Assembly (NCBI GenBank): GCA_002104905.1
Contig: MCFE01000658.1
Location: 1 to 49,131 of the forward strand
DNA from: Basidiobolus meristosporus CBS 931.73
Lineage: Eukaryota > Fungi > Basidiobolomycota
Direction of reading: 5' to 3'
DNA length: 49,131 nucleotides
Part shown: in pieces, positions 44,234 through 49,131 of the stretch
How the letters are laid out: each line of letters opens with the position of its first letter
Position numbering within the stretch: position 1 is the stretch's first letter
Notes under the pieces: model-generated
Told to the model about the DNA's origin: nothing
What the model saw: only the letters and a program-made list of their open reading frames with translations
The model's database searches: none
Made by a program: the position numbers and the translations under genes

Positions 44234-47032
44234 TTATTTCAGTTGAAACAAAGAAGCCAGCGCTACTGTTGTAGCTTTGATACAAGAGTGTGTAGCTGAA
44301 GGGGAATTTGTAGGTAAGTTAATAAGAAGTGATGATAGTTCTTCAGTGCTCAAGACACTGTTCAGTGGGAAGGGGGGTAGCAAGAGAGGTAAGAATGACT
44401 TGTGAACAACATTAATGAGGGGAATGTGATAAGGATTGATATTCATCATAAAGGGAGTGTGCTGCTTCAGATATTGCTGCCAAAGGTCTGTCAAGTACTT
44501 CAGGTAGGCCAGCTTGGGGTTTTCTGACTGCAGAATAAATTCAGCAAACTTCTTGACTTCAGGATCTCCAAGTATAGCTCTCCAGCAGGAGCCAGGTGTT
44601 GTGTGGTGTGTTCTCTTCCAGGCCTTAATCAGTGGGTTGTTGCAGTTGTGAAGTCTGAGGTATAATCTGGTTCTAAGGCAAAGAAGTCTGATCTTATAGG
44701 GCATGAACCCAAAAGCACCAAGAATAGCATGTCTGTAGGGGCATTCAGGCAAATGAGGCACCAAGGAGGTAATGCACCATACTGCAAACTTGTCAAGCTT
44801 AGTGCAGTCTCTAGAAGTAAGAGAGAGAAGTGGTAAGCCAAATTCCAGGACAGGGAAGACAAACTGCTTGAGTAGAAGAAGGCAGCTGGGAGCTGAAGTT
44901 GTAGGAGGAGTAACAGCCAGTAGCTTGTGGAGTGCCTGTCTTGCTAGGATAATTCTCTTCTTCAGGTGTGCTCCAGAGTCTAATCCAGTAGGAAGGAAAG
45001 GAAAGCCAAGATATGTAGCAGAAACCTGAGCAGGTAGAGTGGAGTTCTCCAAGTTGATGGGAGAGCCCAAAGGTACTGTCTTTGCAATGGAAAGCTGGAG
45101 ATTATTCTTCTGCAGATACTGGTGGATGGTCTGGGAGTCTTGTTGCACATTGGAGGAGGATATTCTGATGTCATCAGCAAAGAGAGTAACCAGGCAGTCA
45201 GCTGAGAGTCTTGGGAAATCATTCAGGAAGATGGCAAACAGTATAGGACCAAGCACAGAGCCTTGAACCACTCCATTAGGAACTGAGAACACAGCTGATT
45301 GCTCACTTGGGTGCAGAATTCTTGCTTGTGGATCCAGAAACAGAGACCTGACAAGGAGGGTGAGAGAGGTACTGGAGAAGCATTGCAACTTGGACCAAAG
45401 CAGATTTCTGTCAACTGAATCAAAGGCCTTAGTAATATCAAACAGAACAGAGGGATACTTGCACTGGAGAGAGTGATCTTGGCTAAGTATGACTGCATAT
45501 TCCAAGGAGAGGCCAGGAACAAAGCCAAACTGTGCAGGATGAAACTTGAGAGAGTCAGAGTAGAGCTCCTGAGCAAGCAGAAGCTCAAACACCTTTCTGC
45601 AGGTGGGCAGCAGAGATATTGGCCTGTAGGAGCTAGGATCCAGGTGCTTTCCTTTACCCTTGTACAGTGGCAGAACATTTGCAAAGGACCATTCCTCAGG
45701 AGTAGAAAGCTGGGCTGAGCATTGCTGAAACAGTGGAAGCAGAAGTGCAGACATGGCCTTGGTACTAGTCTTCAGAAGCTCATAGGAGATTGTGTCCACA
45801 CCTGGAGCAGTAGAGTTGGAAAGCCTCTTGAGCACATTATGGATTCTCCTTTGATCAAGTGCAAGTGGGATGGGCAGAGTCTTGAAGTCAGGATGAAAGC
45901 CAGGAGTTGAGTACTGCTTTGTAGAGAAGAAGATGTTAGCCAGCTGTTCTGTTGAAGGTAACTTCCTGGAAGAGGGCCTCATTGCCCTGTAGAGTCTTGA
46001 TACTGTTCTTGTTATAGAGTTGGAAGATTGCAGAGGCAAGGAACTCATAATATGATCCCAGAGCTGAGTATGCAGAGTGTGGTGAATTGCCTTGGAGTGG
46101 TGTATTGCTGTCAGGAGGAGTTTCTCTGTTTTTGGGTTAGGGAAGCTCAGGTAGCTTTGTTGCAGGGCTGAAACAATGGATTCCCATTTTCTTGAGGTAA
46201 CAGCAGTAGTCTTGCATGGCAGTGAGAGGGAGGCAGACACCAGAATCAGATGCTTCACAAAGAGCCAGGCATAGTTGAGATCATCTGGCAGAGAAAGTAG
46301 CAAACTGGCAAGCTTCAAGTAGTTCCCAAAGTCTTTCTTCTGATTCTTGGTAGCTTTGTGGGTGAGCACAGTAAGTTTTGGCAGCTTCTTCTTCACAACT
46401 GGTTGCATAGAAAGGGACCAGGCTGGGTGGTCAGAGGCTCTCAAGGATCCTAGCTCAGCTCCAGAGAATTGCTTAACTTCATTCATAAAGTAGAGGGCAG
46501 CAGCAGAAGGGCAGATCCAGTCAACACATCTTTTCTCAGATTGAGCACCTAGTGCTAGCAGGTGGCTTTCTCTCAGGAAGTTCAGTAGGAATGTAGACCT
46601 TGGCTTCATTCTTGCAGTCAGAGTAGTCTTGTTCTCAGGATAGGGAATGTTGAGATCTCCAAGCAAGATAACAGGTGTTGATATAGATTGTTGGTATTGC
46701 TGAACCTTCTGGCATATAACTTGCACTTCCTGAAGGGCTAGACTTGGAGGCAGATAGCAGAGCACCAGACTGATAGTTGGCAACTGGAGAGCAGCACAGT
46801 AAGGGGAGTAAAGAGGAACACAGAGCTGAGGAGTATTGATGGTAGAAGAGATGAAGCAGATAGAGGAGGTATTCTTTGTTCTAGGAGTAGAAAAGCAATA
46901 TAGATTAGTCAAAAGTATAGAGGGTAGCTGGACATCAATCAAACACAGGAGGGAAAATCTTGAAAGAAGTCTCTCTAGAGTTGGTCTTGATGGCTGTATG
47001 CTGTTGCAGTTAAGCAACAGAACTTCAGGTAG
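44234..47032 (-). CDS. LINE ORF2: APE-type endonuclease + reverse transcriptase
   Basis: EN: VLLLNCNS, YLPP, GDLN, VDWI, SDH. RT: APGVD, YRPISLL, AQFGF, FDITKAFD, GVVQGSVLGPILF, LFADD, YLGF. No ATG until residue 137. Confidence 0.95.
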   Translation of the reverse strand, partial: LPEVLLLNCNSIQPSRPTLERLLSRFSLLCLIDVQLPSILLTNLYCFSTPRTKNTSSICFISSTINTPQLCVPLYSPYCAALQLPTISLVLCYLPPSLALQEVQVICQKVQQYQQSISTPVILLGDLNIPYPENKTTLTARMKPRSTFLLNFLRESHLLALGAQSEKRCVDWICPSAAALYFMNEVKQFSGAELGSLRASDHPAWSLSMQPVVKKKLPKLTVLTHKATKNQKKDFGNYLKLASLLLSLPDDLNYAWLFVKHLILVSASLSLPCKTTAVTSRKWESIVSALQQSYLSFPNPKTEKLLLTAIHHSKAIHHTLHTQLWDHIMSSLPLQSSNSITRTVSRLYRAMRPSSRKLPSTEQLANIFFSTKQYSTPGFHPDFKTLPIPLALDQRRIHNVLKRLSNSTAPGVDTISYELLKTSTKAMSALLLPLFQQCSAQLSTPEEWSFANVLPLYKGKGKHLDPSSYRPISLLPTCRKVFELLLAQELYSDSLKFHPAQFGFVPGLSLEYAVILSQDHSLQCKYPSVLFDITKAFDSVDRNLLWSKLQCFSSTSLTLLVRSLFLDPQARILHPSEQSAVFSVPNGVVQGSVLGPILFAIFLNDFPRLSADCLVTLFADDIRISSSNVQQDSQTIHQYLQKNNLQLSIAKTVPLGSPINLENSTLPAQVSATYLGFPFLPTGLDSGAHLKKRIILARQALHKLLAVTPPTTSAPSCLLLLKQFVFPVLEFGLPLLSLTSRDCTKLDKFAVWCITSLVPHLPECPYRHAILGAFGFMPYKIRLLCLRTRLYLRLHNCNNPLIKAWKRTHHTTPGSCWRAILGDPEVKKFAEFILQSENPKLAYLKYLTDLWQQYLKQHTPFMMNINPYHIPLINVVHKSFLPLLLPPFPLNSVLSTEELSSLLINLPTNSPSATHSCIKATTVALASLFQLK

Positions 47033-48475
47033 TCAGGCAGAGGTTGTAGCTTCTTCAGAGGCAGCATTAACAATGTGACCTGCAGAGTCCCAGAGCTCTT
47101 CAAATGGTGCATCACTTAAGTCAGCAAGGAGGGAAATGGCATGGTTCCTGAGGAAGTATGCCACATCATAGGAGGGGGCTTGTCTCTTGATGGCAGCAAG
47201 GAAAGACAGAATGGCAACATGGGCTGGAGGCTTGTTGAACAGTAGAGAGTCAGAGGATTCAGATTCTTCAGGCACTATCTTGAAGTCAGTTTTCAGCCAG
47301 TTAAGGTTCTTCTCCACAAAGGCAACAAATGGGTCAGCAATGTTTTGGTCTAGGATAACCTCCAGAATCTTCCCTTTTCTCCAGGCCAGGTTGACAATTC
47401 TTGAGAGCTGAATATTGCATGCCTTGAGTGCTTTCCTGATGTTGGAAATGGGGGTCCAGGGAACTTGCTTCAAGTACACCACAGTCCAGGTAGAAGCTGG
47501 TGGTAGGTTTGCTGGGGGCTTGTAAGTCCTTCTGTGTTGCAATGGAGCTGCAGTAGTCAGATTGGAGTCCACATTCTCAGTAGAAGGTTTTCTTGATGTG
47601 TCTTGCTGAATAGTACTGGAGCTGGATGTGCTGATAATTCTTGCTAGAACCTTGCCTGCATAAGTCTGAGGTATAGCTGAGATGACTGTAGAGGTGGTGG
47701 CAGCTGGTGCAGGTGGAGAGGCAGAGACTGAAGCAGGAACTGAGGTCACCTGGGAGAAGGCAGTAGAAGCAGGTTTTCTGGGAGGAACAGAGTTCACTAT
47801 CCAGTTGTTCTGTAAAACACTGGAGTAGCTTTTCTGTGGAACAGGATCTTGCTCTTGAACAGGAACAGAAGCAGGAGGCTGGGGCTGAGCAGTAGTGGTA
47901 AGGCAGTGGCACTCCAAGGAAGCTTTTTGCAAGGCATCTCTGGCAGTTTTCAGGGCAGTATTGGCAGCCTCTAAATCAGCAATTCTCTTCTCAATTGCAA
48001 GGAATCTCTGAAGAAATGCATCAGTAGAAGTGCTGGCATCTGGGAGAGCAGTGGCAGGAATAGAGTCCATTGACAGTGGGCTTCTTGGAGGCAAGGAAAG
48101 TGGACTGGCAGATTCAGGCACAAAAGGAGATATCCTGGCAGGAGGAGAAGGAGTATCCAAGGCAGTAACAGAGGCAATTCTTGTTGGTGAAGCAGCAGCA
48201 GGGGAGGCAAGCCTGTTCAAAAACTGGGCAGGAGAGAGTGCTTGGGGAGAGGGAGTCTTCAGCTTGCCAAGCATGTCTTCCATCAGAGTGATACCAATAT
48301 TCCTGGTGCATTTGCAGAGAAAAGTAAGCTTCCTGAGTCTGCCAGCTCTTCCATTCCTTCTGATAGTACCTTTGTTTCCACAGTTGGGGCAAGATATCTT
48401 CTTGACAGACTTGTCAAAGCAATCAAGAACCTTCCTTTCAGGTGTAGTGGGCTTCTGTTGAGGTTTTAGTGGCAT
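47033..48475 (-). CDS. LINE ORF1 (gag-like): Zn-ribbon, coiled coil, P/S/A linker, RRM-like domain
   Basis: ATG at 48475; CPNC...CKC; FLAIEKRIADLEAANTALK; VVYLKQVPWTPISNIRKALKACNIQLSRIVNL. Confidence 0.85.
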   Translation of the reverse strand: MPLKPQQKPTTPERKVLDCFDKSVKKISCPNCGNKGTIRRNGRAGRLRKLTFLCKCTRNIGITLMEDMLGKLKTPSPQALSPAQFLNRLASPAAASPTRIASVTALDTPSPPARISPFVPESASPLSLPPRSPLSMDSIPATALPDASTSTDAFLQRFLAIEKRIADLEAANTALKTARDALQKASLECHCLTTTAQPQPPASVPVQEQDPVPQKSYSSVLQNNWIVNSVPPRKPASTAFSQVTSVPASVSASPPAPAATTSTVISAIPQTYAGKVLARIISTSSSSTIQQDTSRKPSTENVDSNLTTAAPLQHRRTYKPPANLPPASTWTVVYLKQVPWTPISNIRKALKACNIQLSRIVNLAWRKGKILEVILDQNIADPFVAFVEKNLNWLKTDFKIVPEESESSDSLLFNKPPAHVAILSFLAAIKRQAPSYDVAYFLRNHAISLLADLSDAPFEELWDSAGHIVNAASEEATTSA

Positions 48476-48544
48476 ATCCAGAGTTTCAGCTTCAAATTTC
48501 AATTTTTGAGATTTTTGGGTGATTTTTGATGGGCGGGATCAAAA

Positions 48545-48558
48545 TTAGGGTTAGGGTT
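48545..48558 (+). repeat. Internal telomeric motif TTAGGGTTAGGGTT in the LINE 5' region
   Basis: Direct reading. Confidence 0.9.
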
Positions 48559-48700
48559 GCGCGCTGTGACTGCTTTTTACGATCGCAAGGTCAGATCCTA
48601 GGAAAAAATAAAAATAGTTAGTAAAGGTGATTTAATGGATGGATGGATGGATTTGGAGTCAGATTCAATCAAAAAATCAAATTGTTGACTAATTTAAAGA

Positions 48701-48882
48701 GGGTTAGGGGGGAGACAGTCACCAACAGGTGAAATCTTTATTTCAGTTGAAACAAAGAAGCCAGCGCTACTGTTGTAGCTTTGATACAAGAGTGTGTAGC
48801 TGAGGGGAATTTGTAGGAAAGTTAATAAGAAGTGATGATAGCTCTTCAGTGCTCAAGACACTGTTCAGTGGGAAGGGGGTAG
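48701..48882 (-). mobile_element. 5'-truncated (~180 bp) LINE copy capped by the telomere
   Basis: About 97% identical to 44196-44380 (2 substitutions, 3 single-base indels counted by eye). Confidence 0.97.
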
Positions 48883-49131
48883 GGTAGGGTTAGGGTTAGG
48901 GTTAGGGTTAGGGTTAGGGTTAGGGTTAGGGTTAGGGTTAGGGTTAGGGTTAGGGTTAGGGTTAGGGTTAGGGTTAGGGTTAGGGTTAGGGTTAGGGTTA
49001 GGGTTAGGGTTAGGGTTAGGGTTAGGGTTAGGGTTAGGGTTAGGGTTAGGGTTAGGGTTAGGGTTAGGGTTAGGGTTAGGGTTAGGGTTAGGGTTAGGGT
49101 TAGGGTTAGGGTTAGGTTAGGGTTAGGGTTA
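48880..49131 (+). repeat. Telomere: (TAGGG)2 then about 40 TTAGGG repeats, one TTAGG variant at 49112
   Basis: Direct reading; G-rich strand runs 5'->3' toward the end. Confidence 0.99.

Larger units (their letters stand above)
44196..48700 (-). mobile_element. Apparently full-length telomere-attached non-LTR retrotransposon (APE-RT LINE)
   Basis: Two intact ORFs; 3' end ...CTGTCTCCCCCCCTAACCC with no poly(A); two further copies of the same 3' end; located directly under the telomere. Confidence 0.93.

Noticed and set aside
44234-47017. Penelope-like/Coprina or telomerase-like RT
   Set aside because: An N-terminal APE domain (GDLN, SDH) and LINE-type RT motifs are present; there is no GIY-YIG domain.
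1-49131. Alternative genetic code (TGA as sense)
   Set aside because: TGA is the normal stop of several host genes here (GT34, EXS, secreted protein), so only context-dependent readthrough is plausible.

Overview
Right-hand chromosome end of an intron-rich fungus. It is probably an early-diverging lineage; Zoopagomycota/Basidiobolus-like is my guess and cannot be proven from the sequence. Bases ~720-39300 carry about 16 genes with short GT-AG introns: XAP5/FAM50, a CKAP2-like protein, TM9SF, a PDR-type ABCG transporter, a Pho80-like cyclin, a RING-CH ligase, a GT34 glycosyltransferase, an FBXO31-like F-box protein, a prokaryote-like diphthamide-synthase-family ATPase, RidA, an EXS/ERD1 protein, a CDCA7-like zf-4CXXC_R1 gene mostly missed by the ORF track, a class IV chitin synthase, a DH-PH RhoGEF and a secreted protein built from an actinobacterial-type domain. 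A ~350-bp Ty1/copia LTR family (TGTTGTAA...TTACAACA) occurs in about 12 copies, including a pile-up at 13-16 kb and a self-nested decayed copia at 40.5-44.2 kb. The main finding is an apparently intact, telomere-attached APE-type non-LTR retrotransposon at 44196-48700 (minus strand, 3' end facing the centromere). Its RNA would end in a telomerase-template-like CCCUAACCC. Its ORF1 and ORF2 are in frame and separated only by UGA-CUA plus a downstream hairpin (predicted readthrough). Its coding region is essentially CpG-free. It has a truncated, telomerase-healed copy at the chromosome tip and a fossil copy at 40.3 kb. The window ends in about 40 TTAGGG repeats.
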